This document shows positions 16,821 to 25,213 of a stretch of DNA of 59,998 nucleotides, piece after piece. The stretch's first letter is position 1, and each line of letters begins with the position of its first letter. The notes beneath the pieces are model-generated. The model was not told where the DNA came from. It did no database searches and was given only the letters and a program-made list of their open reading frames with translations. A program made the translations under genes and the position numbers. Source of the DNA: Planctomycetota bacterium (GTDB taxonomy: Bacteria > Planctomycetota > UBA8742 > SKZP01); assembly GCA_050249295.1 (NCBI GenBank), contig JBFWQT010000002.1, positions 1 to 59,998 of the forward strand. The letters are read 5' to 3'.

Positions 16821-19115
16821 TCATAGCAGGCGCCGGATCGTCGCGATCAGCGTCGGCTGATCGAACGATCGCTTGCCGATGTAGGCGTCGGCGCCGGCCT
16901 CCAGGCCGCGGGCGCGGTCGTCGGGCGTGTCGAGTGCGCTGACCAGCACGATCGGCAGATGCCGGATGCGCGGTTCGGCGCGAATCCAGCGAGTGAGTTC
17001 CAGGCCGTCGACCTGCGGCATCTGGATGTCGCTGACGACCAGATCGAAGTGTTGCCGCGCCAGCAGTTCCTGCGCCTCCCGGCCGTCCACCGCAACGCCA
17101 ACGCGGAACCCCTCGCCCTCGAGGATGCCGCGCTCGAGGGTGCGTGTGGTGAGCGAGTCGTCGACCACGAGGATGCTCTTGCGGCGCTCCTCCTCGTCGG
17201 CCGGTGCATTCGCGGCGGCACTGACGTGCATGCGATCGGCGGCTTCGGTGGCGGAGCGCACGCAGTCGGCCACATGCAGGATCGGCACGATCGCGCCGTT
17301 GCCGAGAATGGTGGCGCCCGCGAAGTGCGGCACGCGTCGGAAGTAGTAGCCGAGGCTCTTCACCACCATCTCGCGCTGGTCGACAATCTCGTCGACGAGC
17401 AGCGCGACCTGCTTCTCGGCGGCGCGGACGACCAGCGCGCGGTGCCATGGTGGCGGCGCGCCCTGCAAACCCGGCAAGCCGAGCACCGCCGCCAGCGACG
17501 CGACGGCGACCTGCGAGCCATCGATGCGGACCGATGCGCGGCCGCCCATCGACTGCAGCTCCGACGGTGCGAAGCGCACGACGCGGGCCACCGACGCCTG
17601 CGGGAGCGCGAACGATGCCCCGCGTGCGCGCACGATGATGCCGCGGAACGTCGCCAGCGTGATCGGCACGCTCAGCGAGAAGCATGATCCGCGCGACGGT
17701 TCGCTGCGGACGTCGATCGCGCCGCCGAGTTCCTCGACCGTTCGCTTCACCACGTCGAGGCCGACGCCGCGGCCCGCCAGGTCGGTCAGGCCGTGCACAG
17801 TGGAGAAGCCGCTGGTGAACATCAGGTCGGTCGCGTCGCCGATCGTGAACTCGCGATTGCGGTCGGCCGAGAGCAGGCCGCGTTGCTCGGCGCGTGCGCG
17901 TACTGCGGCGAGATCGATCCCGGCGCCGTCGTCTTCGACCTCGACGACCACCATGTGCCCGCGCAGCACCGCGCGCAACGTTACCCGCCCGGCCGCCGGC
18001 TTGCCGGTCGCAAGGCGCACCTCGGCGGGCTCCAGCCCGTGGGTCAGCGCGTTGCGGATCAGGTGCAGGACCGGTTCCTCGATGCGCTCGATGATCATCC
18101 AGTCGAGCTGGCAATCGTCGCCTTCGGTGATCAGGTCGACGGGCCGCGCGAGCTGGTGGGAGAGTTCGCGCACCATGCGCGGGTAACGGCGGAACAGGGC
18201 GGACGCGGGAAGCATCCGCGTTTCCATCACGCTGTCGTGTACCGCCGACGTGGCGTTGGCGACCAGGTTGCCGCGCTTGCGGACCGACGTGGCGAGCTCG
18301 GTGATGGTCTCGGTCCAGCGGTCCAGCTGGTTGGTCACGACGTCGAGCTCTTCGCGCAACCAGGCGGCGGAGTCGTTGCTCTCGGGCGCGGCCAGCGCAT
18401 GGCGGATCTGCGAGCGGCAGTTGCGGATCTGCCGGCCGAGCGCGAGCAGTTCGTCGGCTGTGACGCCGTGCACGCCGCCGGTGACGAGCAACTCGCCGAC
18501 CTCGTTGATCAGTCGATCGACGACGTGGGTGCCGATGCGGATGGTTTTCTGGCCGTCGGTGCTGCGGCGCAGCGAGTGGTCGGTGGTGGCAACGGGTGCC
18601 GCCGGCACCGGGAGCGCATCGTCCGACGCGGCCGGTACTGTGTTGCCCGGCGAGAGCATCGAACCCGGTGGTGCCGGCACGGGCGGCGTGTCGTCGGTAG
18701 CGGTCGACGGACGCTCGCCGGCGCGCAGCGCGGTGCCGACGTGCGAGAGCCGGTGGGCCACCAGGTCCCGGGCGTTCACGGCCTTCTCGTACTCGTCGAG
18801 CGACCACAGCAGCACGTCGAGCGTCGCGCGCGGCGGCGGGCCGATGGTGTCGTCGAGCGTGCCGAGCCGGCTCTCGAATGCGTGGATGCTGTCGGCGAAG
18901 GCCCCCAGGCCGATCGAATGGGCGGCGCCTTTGAGGGTATGCGCCTGCCGCCGGGCGGGTTCGAGCGCGAGTGGCGCGTCGCTGGCGGTGTGCTCGAACG
19001 ACAGCAGATGGTCCTGCAACGCGGCCAGGCGTTCGCGCGCCTCGACGCGGAACTCCTCGACCAACCGGCGCTGCATCTCATCGCGATCAATCGGCATGTC
19101 GACCCCGTGTGTCAT
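16821..19115 (-). CDS. cheA: Chemotaxis histidine kinase CheA fused to a C-terminal receiver (CheA-REC hybrid)
   Basis: Hpt HTLKGAAHSIGL; N box HLIRNALTHGLE; G1 DDGAGID; F box FTSGFST; G2 GRGVGLDVV; CheW-like domain; REC ILVVDDSLTT..DLVVSDIQMPQVDG. The track start 19118 is TTG. ATG candidates are 19115 and 19097; both overlap the end of the upstream mcp. Confidence 0.9.
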   Translation of the reverse strand: MTHGVDMPIDRDEMQRRLVEEFRVEARERLAALQDHLLSFEHTASDAPLALEPARRQAHTLKGAAHSIGLGAFADSIHAFESRLGTLDDTIGPPPRATLDVLLWSLDEYEKAVNARDLVAHRLSHVGTALRAGERPSTATDDTPPVPAPPGSMLSPGNTVPAASDDALPVPAAPVATTDHSLRRSTDGQKTIRIGTHVVDRLINEVGELLVTGGVHGVTADELLALGRQIRNCRSQIRHALAAPESNDSAAWLREELDVVTNQLDRWTETITELATSVRKRGNLVANATSAVHDSVMETRMLPASALFRRYPRMVRELSHQLARPVDLITEGDDCQLDWMIIERIEEPVLHLIRNALTHGLEPAEVRLATGKPAAGRVTLRAVLRGHMVVVEVEDDGAGIDLAAVRARAEQRGLLSADRNREFTIGDATDLMFTSGFSTVHGLTDLAGRGVGLDVVKRTVEELGGAIDVRSEPSRGSCFSLSVPITLATFRGIIVRARGASFALPQASVARVVRFAPSELQSMGGRASVRIDGSQVAVASLAAVLGLPGLQGAPPPWHRALVVRAAEKQVALLVDEIVDQREMVVKSLGYYFRRVPHFAGATILGNGAIVPILHVADCVRSATEAADRMHVSAAANAPADEEERRKSILVVDDSLTTRTLERGILEGEGFRVGVAVDGREAQELLARQHFDLVVSDIQMPQVDGLELTRWIRAEPRIRHLPIVLVSALDTPDDRARGLEAGADAYIGKRSFDQPTLIATIRRLL

Positions 19116-20979
19116 CAAGGCGGTAGCCCGCCACGCTGGCCTTCAGCTGGTCGGCGAGCGCGTTGAGATCCTGCATCGCCCGGTCCATCTGCGATCCAGC
19201 GGCCCGGGTCTGGTTGGCGGTGGCATTGATCGAGGCCATTGCCTGCGCGATCTGGTCCATGCCGCGCGCCTGCTGCAGGGTCGAACTCTCGATCTGCATG
19301 GCGTTCTGCGCCGTCGAGCGGATCGCCTCGGAGATCAGCCGGATCTTCTCGCCGGACGCAGTGGCCAGCGTCATGCCACGTTCCGATTCGCGCGTTCCGT
19401 GCTCGGTGACCATCACCGACTGGTTGGAGGCCTTCTGGATGTCGTTGAGGATGTCGGCGATCTGTCCCGTTGCCTGCTTGCTCTGCTCCGCCAGCGAACG
19501 GATCTCGTTGGCGACCACGCCGAAGCCACGACCGAACTCGCCCGCCTTGGCCGCCTCGATGGCCGCGTTGAACGCCAGCATCTTGCTCTGTTCGGCCAGG
19601 TCGTTGACCGTCGCGGTGATCTTGCCGACCGCCTGGGTCTGTTCGCTGAGCGACAGGATCGCCCTCGCGATGGTGGCAATGCTGTCGACGACGCGCTGCA
19701 TGCCGGCAACGGTTTCGTCGACCGTTCGCTGACCGGCGTCGGCAGCGTCGGCCGCGCCGCGCGCCAGGCCGGCCACGGCGCGGGCACGTTCGGCCACCTG
19801 GTCGCTGCTCTGCCTCAGCTCTTCCACGGTCGCGATGGTCTCCGACACCGCCGCGGCCTGCGACGACGCGGACGACGCCAGTTCGCGCACGCCGGCCATC
19901 GTCTCGGATGTCGAGGCCGTGATGCCCGTGACGGCAGTGTCGGTGCGACGGGCCATCCCGAGCAGCGCGCGCACGGCATCATTGAAGTTCCGCGACAACG
20001 AATCGTGCGCCGACCGGGCGCTCACCTTGGTGGTGAGGTCGCCGTTGCTCAGGCGCTCCATCGCGGCGGCCATCGAGTTGACGTACTCGACCATGCGCGC
20101 GAACGAGTGCGACAGGACATCGGCATCCGTACGTGGCACCACTTCGACGCCCACGTCGCCCTTGCTGATGCGATCGGCCGCGTCGGCCATATTGCTCAGG
20201 TACTCGACCATGGCGCGGAACGATCGCGCGACGGTGCCGGGCTCGTCGTGGGTCAGCAGTGCATCGGGCACGTCGCGCTTCACCGACCCGCTGGCGATGG
20301 CGGTCGAGATCTCCGAGAGCTGGCCCAGCGGCCGCGTGATGCGCCGGGCGATCATCACACCGAACAGGCCAGTGACGACAATCGCGGCCACGATGATCGC
20401 CGCGACGGTCACCCCGGCTCGCGCCAGCTCGTCGGAGAGTCGCTGCCTTCGCGCGTCCAGGGCTGCGCCCAGCTCGTCGGCGATGGTGTCGAAAGCCGAC
20501 AGGAACGGCCGATCGTCGATCCGCACCGCGTCGTCGATCTCGGCCGGTGCCTTGCTCTCGGCATGCAGACGACGGGCCACCTCGAGCGCGTCGGTGTAGG
20601 CCTGCACCATCTCCTCGAGGCTGCGCAGGGCGGCATCCTCGCGAGCGTTGGTACCGCACTTGCGATAGGCGCGGATGGCTTCGCGTGTTTGCTCGGCCGC
20701 ACTGCGGAACTCCGCGCGGTAGTCGGACTGGGCCGTGTCGCCGCGGATGACGTAGTTCTTGAAGGCGTGAATCGCGCCCCCGAAGCCCATCCCGGCGCGC
20801 ACCTTGCGCAGCTCATCGTTCTTTGCGGACACCGTGGCTTGATGCTCGGCCCAGATGCGTTCGATCGCGCCGAACTGCAGCCATGCAATCAGCCCGACCA
20901 CGATCAGGGCGATTGCCGATAGCCCGTTGAGTACGAAAAGCTTGCTACTGATGCGCAGGTTGGCAAACCAGGTCTGCAT
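19087..20979 (-). CDS. Methyl-accepting chemotaxis protein (two TM helices, periplasmic helical sensor, HAMP repeats, MA domain)
   Basis: ATG 20979 with GGAG 8-9 nt upstream. TM1 LFVLNGLSAIALIVVGLIAWL; TM2 VTVAAIIVAAIVVTGLFGVMI. Signalling hairpin: AEQSKMLAFNAAIEAAKAGEFGRGFGVVANEIRSLAEQS. Confidence 0.9.
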   Translation of the reverse strand: MQTWFANLRISSKLFVLNGLSAIALIVVGLIAWLQFGAIERIWAEHQATVSAKNDELRKVRAGMGFGGAIHAFKNYVIRGDTAQSDYRAEFRSAAEQTREAIRAYRKCGTNAREDAALRSLEEMVQAYTDALEVARRLHAESKAPAEIDDAVRIDDRPFLSAFDTIADELGAALDARRQRLSDELARAGVTVAAIIVAAIVVTGLFGVMIARRITRPLGQLSEISTAIASGSVKRDVPDALLTHDEPGTVARSFRAMVEYLSNMADAADRISKGDVGVEVVPRTDADVLSHSFARMVEYVNSMAAAMERLSNGDLTTKVSARSAHDSLSRNFNDAVRALLGMARRTDTAVTGITASTSETMAGVRELASSASSQAAAVSETIATVEELRQSSDQVAERARAVAGLARGAADAADAGQRTVDETVAGMQRVVDSIATIARAILSLSEQTQAVGKITATVNDLAEQSKMLAFNAAIEAAKAGEFGRGFGVVANEIRSLAEQSKQATGQIADILNDIQKASNQSVMVTEHGTRESERGMTLATASGEKIRLISEAIRSTAQNAMQIESSTLQQARGMDQIAQAMASINATANQTRAAGSQMDRAMQDLNALADQLKASVAGYRLDDTRGRHAD

Positions 20980-20991
20980 TTCCGTGCTCCG

Positions 20992-22731
20992 CTAGTTCGT
21001 CAGCTTGTAGGCGGCGACGCTGGCCTTGAGCTGGTCGGCCAGGGTGTTGAGGTCCTGCATCGCGCGTTCCATCTGCGCACCGGCGGCCTGCGCCTGAGTG
21101 GCGGTGGTGCTGATCGATGCCATGGCCTGCGCGATCTGGTCCATGCCGCGTGCCTGCTGCAGCGTGGCGCTCTCGATCTGCATCGCGTTCTGCGCGGTCG
21201 AGCGGATCGCGTCGGAGATCGCGCGGATCTTCTCGCCCGACTCGTTGGCCAGCGTCATGCCGCGCTCCGATTCGCGTGTGCCTTCCTCGGTCACCATCAC
21301 CGACTGGTTGGACGCCTTCTGGATGTCATTGAGGATGTCGGCGATCTGGCTGGTGGCCTGCTTGCTCTGCTCGGCCAGCGAACGGATCTCGTTGGCCACC
21401 ACGCCGAACCCCTTGCCGAACTCGCCCGCCTTGGCGGCCTCGATCGCCGCGTTGAACGCCAGCATCTTGCTCTGCTCGGCAATGTCGTTGACGGTGGCGG
21501 TGATCTTGCCGACCGCCTGCGTCTGCTCGCTCAGCGCCAGGATCGCCCGTGCGATCACGCCGATGCGATCTGTGATCCGCCGCATGCCACTGACGGTCTC
21601 GTCGATCGTGCGCTGCCCGGCTTCGGCTGCCGAGGCCGCCTGGCGTGCGAGATCGGACACCGTCTTGGCGCGCTCGGCCACCTCGTCGCTGCTCTGGCGC
21701 AACTCCTCGACGGTCGAGGTGGTCTCGGAGACGGCCGCCGCCTGGCCCGACGCCGACGTCGCCAGCTCGCGCACCCCGGCCAGGGTTTCGGTGGTCGAGC
21801 CGGTGATGCTCGCCACAGCTGCGCTGGTCCGGCCGACCATCTGCCGCAACGAGTCGACCATCTTCGCGAAGCTCGCGGCCAGTGCGTCGCGGTCGGATCG
21901 CGACACCACGTCGGCGGTGAGGTCGCCGCTGCCGACGCGTTCGGCCACGCGGGCAAACGCGCTGACGTAGGAAATCAGGTCGCGGAACGCATCGGCCAGC
22001 TGCCCGAGCTCGTCGCCCGAGCGATGCGTGACCGGCTGGTTGATCTCGCCGACCGCGATGGCGGACGCCGTCGTTGCCAGTGAGCGGATCGGCCGGCTGA
22101 TCCGTCCGATCATCCAGATCACCACCAGCGATACCACAACACTGACACCGGCCATCACCATGTAGACCGTCTCGGAGCTGCGTGCCTCGTTGGTCGCAGC
22201 CGTGACCTGTGCCTGCGAGTCGGCCACGTATGCGTCGGCGATGCGGCCGATGGCTTCGACGAACCGGAGCCGGCGATCGCGCTGCGTGCCCTCCAGCAGT
22301 TGCACGACCTTGTCCTTTTCGTCGGCCTTGATCCCCGGCAGGATCTCGCGCTCGAGTGTGGCGCTGTACGCCTCCCAGTTCTTGCGTGCCGTCTCGTAGT
22401 CGGCATCGAGCGTGGCGTTGTCGTTGAATGCCGACAGCTGCCGGAGGCCGTTGTTGATGCGGTCCACGTTGTCGTGCAGATCCTGTTCGCGCGATGCCTT
22501 GAGCGTGGCGTCGGCCGTAACCAGCATGCCCAGCAGCGCAGACCGCGCCTCCTGGACATCGATCGACAGGTCGCGCGCCAGCGTGCGTGCCTTGAGCGTG
22601 CGATTGAACATCGAGTCGAGGCGCGCGCGCGCAGTCTGGCCCGCACTCCACGCGAGGCCGAGGACGATCCACAGCAGAATGGTGAGCGTGCCCGCCAGAA
22701 CGAGCAGTCGCGGTTGGATGCCGAGCTTCAT
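20992..22731 (-). CDS. Methyl-accepting chemotaxis protein, tandem paralogue of the downstream mcp
   Basis: ATG 22731. TM1 LLVLAGTLTILLWIVLGLAW; TM2 VYMVMAGVSVVVSLVVIWMI. The signalling domain is nearly identical to that of 19087..20979 (AEQSKMLAFNAAIEAAKAGEFGKGFGVVANEIRSLAEQS). Confidence 0.9.
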   Translation of the reverse strand: MKLGIQPRLLVLAGTLTILLWIVLGLAWSAGQTARARLDSMFNRTLKARTLARDLSIDVQEARSALLGMLVTADATLKASREQDLHDNVDRINNGLRQLSAFNDNATLDADYETARKNWEAYSATLEREILPGIKADEKDKVVQLLEGTQRDRRLRFVEAIGRIADAYVADSQAQVTAATNEARSSETVYMVMAGVSVVVSLVVIWMIGRISRPIRSLATTASAIAVGEINQPVTHRSGDELGQLADAFRDLISYVSAFARVAERVGSGDLTADVVSRSDRDALAASFAKMVDSLRQMVGRTSAAVASITGSTTETLAGVRELATSASGQAAAVSETTSTVEELRQSSDEVAERAKTVSDLARQAASAAEAGQRTIDETVSGMRRITDRIGVIARAILALSEQTQAVGKITATVNDIAEQSKMLAFNAAIEAAKAGEFGKGFGVVANEIRSLAEQSKQATSQIADILNDIQKASNQSVMVTEEGTRESERGMTLANESGEKIRAISDAIRSTAQNAMQIESATLQQARGMDQIAQAMASISTTATQAQAAGAQMERAMQDLNTLADQLKASVAAYKLTN

Positions 22732-22746
22732 CCGTCTCGTCTCCGT

Positions 22747-23316
22747 TCAGTGGGCCAGGTCGATCACCAGCCGCGGGTCGTCAAGAATGTGCGCCAGGTC
22801 GAGGACCAGGCAGCCGTCGGGCGTGGTGCCCAGTTGGTAGTCTTCCTGCATGCCGGTGTGGGTCGAGATCGGATCGTGCATGCCACCCGGCTGCAGCACC
22901 TCGATGCGGTCGACGACATCAACCAGGATGGCGAGCTGGCCGGGCAGACTGCCGTCCCCCGCATGGGAGTCGCGTCGCACGACGACCGCCAGCGGCAGGT
23001 CCGTGAGGTCCGGTCGCTCGACGCCGAAGAAGGCGCGGATGTCGATCACGCCGACGACCTCGCCGTGCTGGTGCGACAACCCGACAACATGCGCGGGAAG
23101 GCCCGGCAGCGGGGCGAGCGTGGTCAGTCGCAGAATGCCGGCGACGTGTTCGATCGGCTGGCCGTATCGCTCGCGCCCGACCTCGACGACCAGCACGCGC
23201 CGTGTGCCGATGTCGTCGTCCGGCGTGGGCACGGCCGCAAGCTGGCGCCGCCGCCGCTCCAGTTCGGCGCGCACGTCGTCGGGGATCAGCGAATCGAACG
23301 GGGTGTGCGGTGTCAT
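22747..23316 (-). CDS. cheW: CheW-like coupling protein
   Basis: Internal ATG of ORF 22747..23697(-), starting MTPHTPFDSL. CheW-type sequence: RVLVVEVGRERYGQPIEHVAGI..PAHVVGLSHQHGEVVGVIDIRAFFG. The ATG 23316-23314 overlaps the cheR stop (ATGA). The upstream extension in the track is Arg-rich junk. Confidence 0.85.
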   Translation of the reverse strand: MTPHTPFDSLIPDDVRAELERRRRQLAAVPTPDDDIGTRRVLVVEVGRERYGQPIEHVAGILRLTTLAPLPGLPAHVVGLSHQHGEVVGVIDIRAFFGVERPDLTDLPLAVVVRRDSHAGDGSLPGQLAILVDVVDRIEVLQPGGMHDPISTHTGMQEDYQLGTTPDGCLVLDLAHILDDPRLVIDLAH

Positions 23317-24695
23317 GTCGCGGCGGGGCGGAGCAACCAGTTGCGGATGAAGCCGGCCGTGACCGCGCCATCGGCGATCACCACCTCGCTGTCGGGCATG
23401 TGCTCGATGCACGCGGCGAGGCGTTGTCGCGCTGCATGCGTGGCTTCGCGGGTGGCGCCGTTGCTCTCGCTCAGCAGCGCGGCACGGAATGCAGCCGCGG
23501 TGTGGTCGGGTTGCAGGTACAGCGTGCGGCGCAACGCGACCTCCGTCGCCGGCAGATCGCCGGCGGCATCGGAGACCAGCGCGGTGACGTACCAGGCCTC
23601 GACGTCGAGCGGGTCGAGCTGCACGGCCTCGGCGCAACAATCGCGCGCAAGGTTGTAGTCGCCGGCGTCGGCGGCGCGCATGGCACGTACGAGCCACCCG
23701 GGCTCTGATGGTGCGACGGCCGGTGGTGGCGTCAGCGGAGATGGTTGCGGTGTTGGTGGCGGAATTGCATCGCCCCGCACTGGCGGCACTGGCGGCACGG
23801 CGACATCCACTACGGGCACAACCGGCGCGTCAGTTGGCGGGGGGCGACTCGTCGTGCGTCGCGGCGTCGGCGTCGGCGTTGGCAACGGCCCGCCGCCGGT
23901 GCGTCGCAAGCAGGCCTCGCTGTTCTTGATTGGCTCGAGTCCGTCAATGTTGTGCGCCAGGTGCCACTCGGCGTGGCCGAGCAACAGGATCCCGCCCGGC
24001 CGCAGGCACTGCGCCAGCTGGCCCACCACCCGGCTGCGGGTCTCCGGCGCGAAGTACATCAACACGTTGCGACACAGCACGGCATCCAGATCCGACAGCC
24101 CGCGCGAGCGGTCCGGGAACGTGTCCAACGCCAGGTTGTGCTGCTGGAACTCGATCGTGCGCGCGATCCGCGCGCTCAGTTCCCACGTGTCGGCGTCGTC
24201 AGGCAGCTGGCGGAACCACCGTTGCCGCCAGTGTGCCGGGCAGTTGCGCAGCGACCAGTTGCGGTAGCGCCGCGCGGCCGCGCGTTCGAGGTAATGCTTG
24301 TTCGCGTCCGTGGCAATCACCACCGGCGTCAGATCCGGCCGGTGGTCGCGCAGCAACATCACGATGCTGGCCGGCTCCTCGCCGGTGCAGCACCCGGCCG
24401 ACCACACGCGCGCCGATCGCGCGCCATCCGGAATCGACTCGACCAGCGTCATCAACTGCGCCTCGTGACGCAGGAAGTACGTCTCCGGCACGGTGAGCGC
24501 GCTGAGCAGCAGGTCGCGTTCGTCGGCCAGCTCGCCGTGCACAACCCGCGCGACGTAGCGATCCGCATCCACGTTGCGGCTGGCGCAGCGGCGCCTGACC
24601 AGCGACTGCAGCCCCTCGACCACGTGCGGCGCCGGGACGAGTCCGTACTGGCTCTCGTAGAACCGCACCAGCAATTGTGTGGCGTCAGGAGTCAT
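23313..24695 (-). CDS. cheR: Chemotaxis methyltransferase CheR with a Pro-rich linker and a C-terminal TPR domain
   Basis: SAM-MTase motif VWSAGCCTGEEPASIVMLL, plus LCRNVLMYF. C-terminal TPR: GDYNLARDCCAEAVQLDPLDVEAWYVTALV..LRRTLYLQPDH. The ATG at 24695 (MTPDATQLLVRFYE) overlaps the stop of the upstream cheW (ATGA). Confidence 0.85.
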   Translation of the reverse strand: MTPDATQLLVRFYESQYGLVPAPHVVEGLQSLVRRRCASRNVDADRYVARVVHGELADERDLLLSALTVPETYFLRHEAQLMTLVESIPDGARSARVWSAGCCTGEEPASIVMLLRDHRPDLTPVVIATDANKHYLERAAARRYRNWSLRNCPAHWRQRWFRQLPDDADTWELSARIARTIEFQQHNLALDTFPDRSRGLSDLDAVLCRNVLMYFAPETRSRVVGQLAQCLRPGGILLLGHAEWHLAHNIDGLEPIKNSEACLRRTGGGPLPTPTPTPRRTTSRPPPTDAPVVPVVDVAVPPVPPVRGDAIPPPTPQPSPLTPPPAVAPSEPGWLVRAMRAADAGDYNLARDCCAEAVQLDPLDVEAWYVTALVSDAAGDLPATEVALRRTLYLQPDHTAAAFRAALLSESNGATREATHAARQRLAACIEHMPDSEVVIADGAVTAGFIRNWLLRPAAT

Positions 24696-25126
24696 GACAC
24701 ACCGCCGTACGATCGCGTCAGCCGGCCGAGCCAGGCGAGATCCAGCCGCTGGATCAGTCGCTCCCCGATCGCGATCGAGCACTGCACCGGTGGCTTGCCG
24801 GGCGTGATCGCGGTCGCGGCCTCGTCGTCCTGCTCCGGAAGCACATCGACCACGTCATCGACGCAGATGCCGAACTCGGCCTGGTCGTCGGTGCGCACAA
24901 ACACGATCGACTGCCGCAGCAGATCAGCCGTCTGCGGTTGACGCACGAGCCCGTGCAGATCGATCACCGGAAGCACCCGCCCGCGGTAGGTCACCACGCC
25001 GGCGAGCACACCACCCGTGTCGTCGGGGCTCGTCGATAGCAGCACCATCCGGGCAAGTTCCAGCACGGACCGGGTGGGCAGCGCGTAGGCCTGACGGCCC
25101 ATCAAGAAGACAACCAGACCTTCCAT
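24692..25126 (-). CDS. cheW: CheW-like coupling protein (first gene of the che operon)
   Basis: ORF 24692..25126(-), ATG start. CheW-type sequence: LVVFLMGRQAYALPTRSVLELARM..VLAGVVTYRGRVLPVIDLHGL. Confidence 0.85.
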   Translation of the reverse strand: MEGLVVFLMGRQAYALPTRSVLELARMVLLSTSPDDTGGVLAGVVTYRGRVLPVIDLHGLVRQPQTADLLRQSIVFVRTDDQAEFGICVDDVVDVLPEQDDEAATAITPGKPPVQCSIAIGERLIQRLDLAWLGRLTRSYGGVS

Positions 25127-25213
25127 CCGCGTGAGGTGATGAAGGGGCTACCCGATGAGGTCCAGGTCAGGCATGATCGTATCAGATTCTAGTCTGGCAC
25201 ATGAGTAGTTCGC

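Noticed and set aside
25180-25213. Sigma54-like TGGCAC upstream of the hybrid kinase start
   Set aside because: The GG-to-GC spacing does not fit TGGCAC-N5-TTGC, and the element abuts the ATG with no room for a leader or SD.
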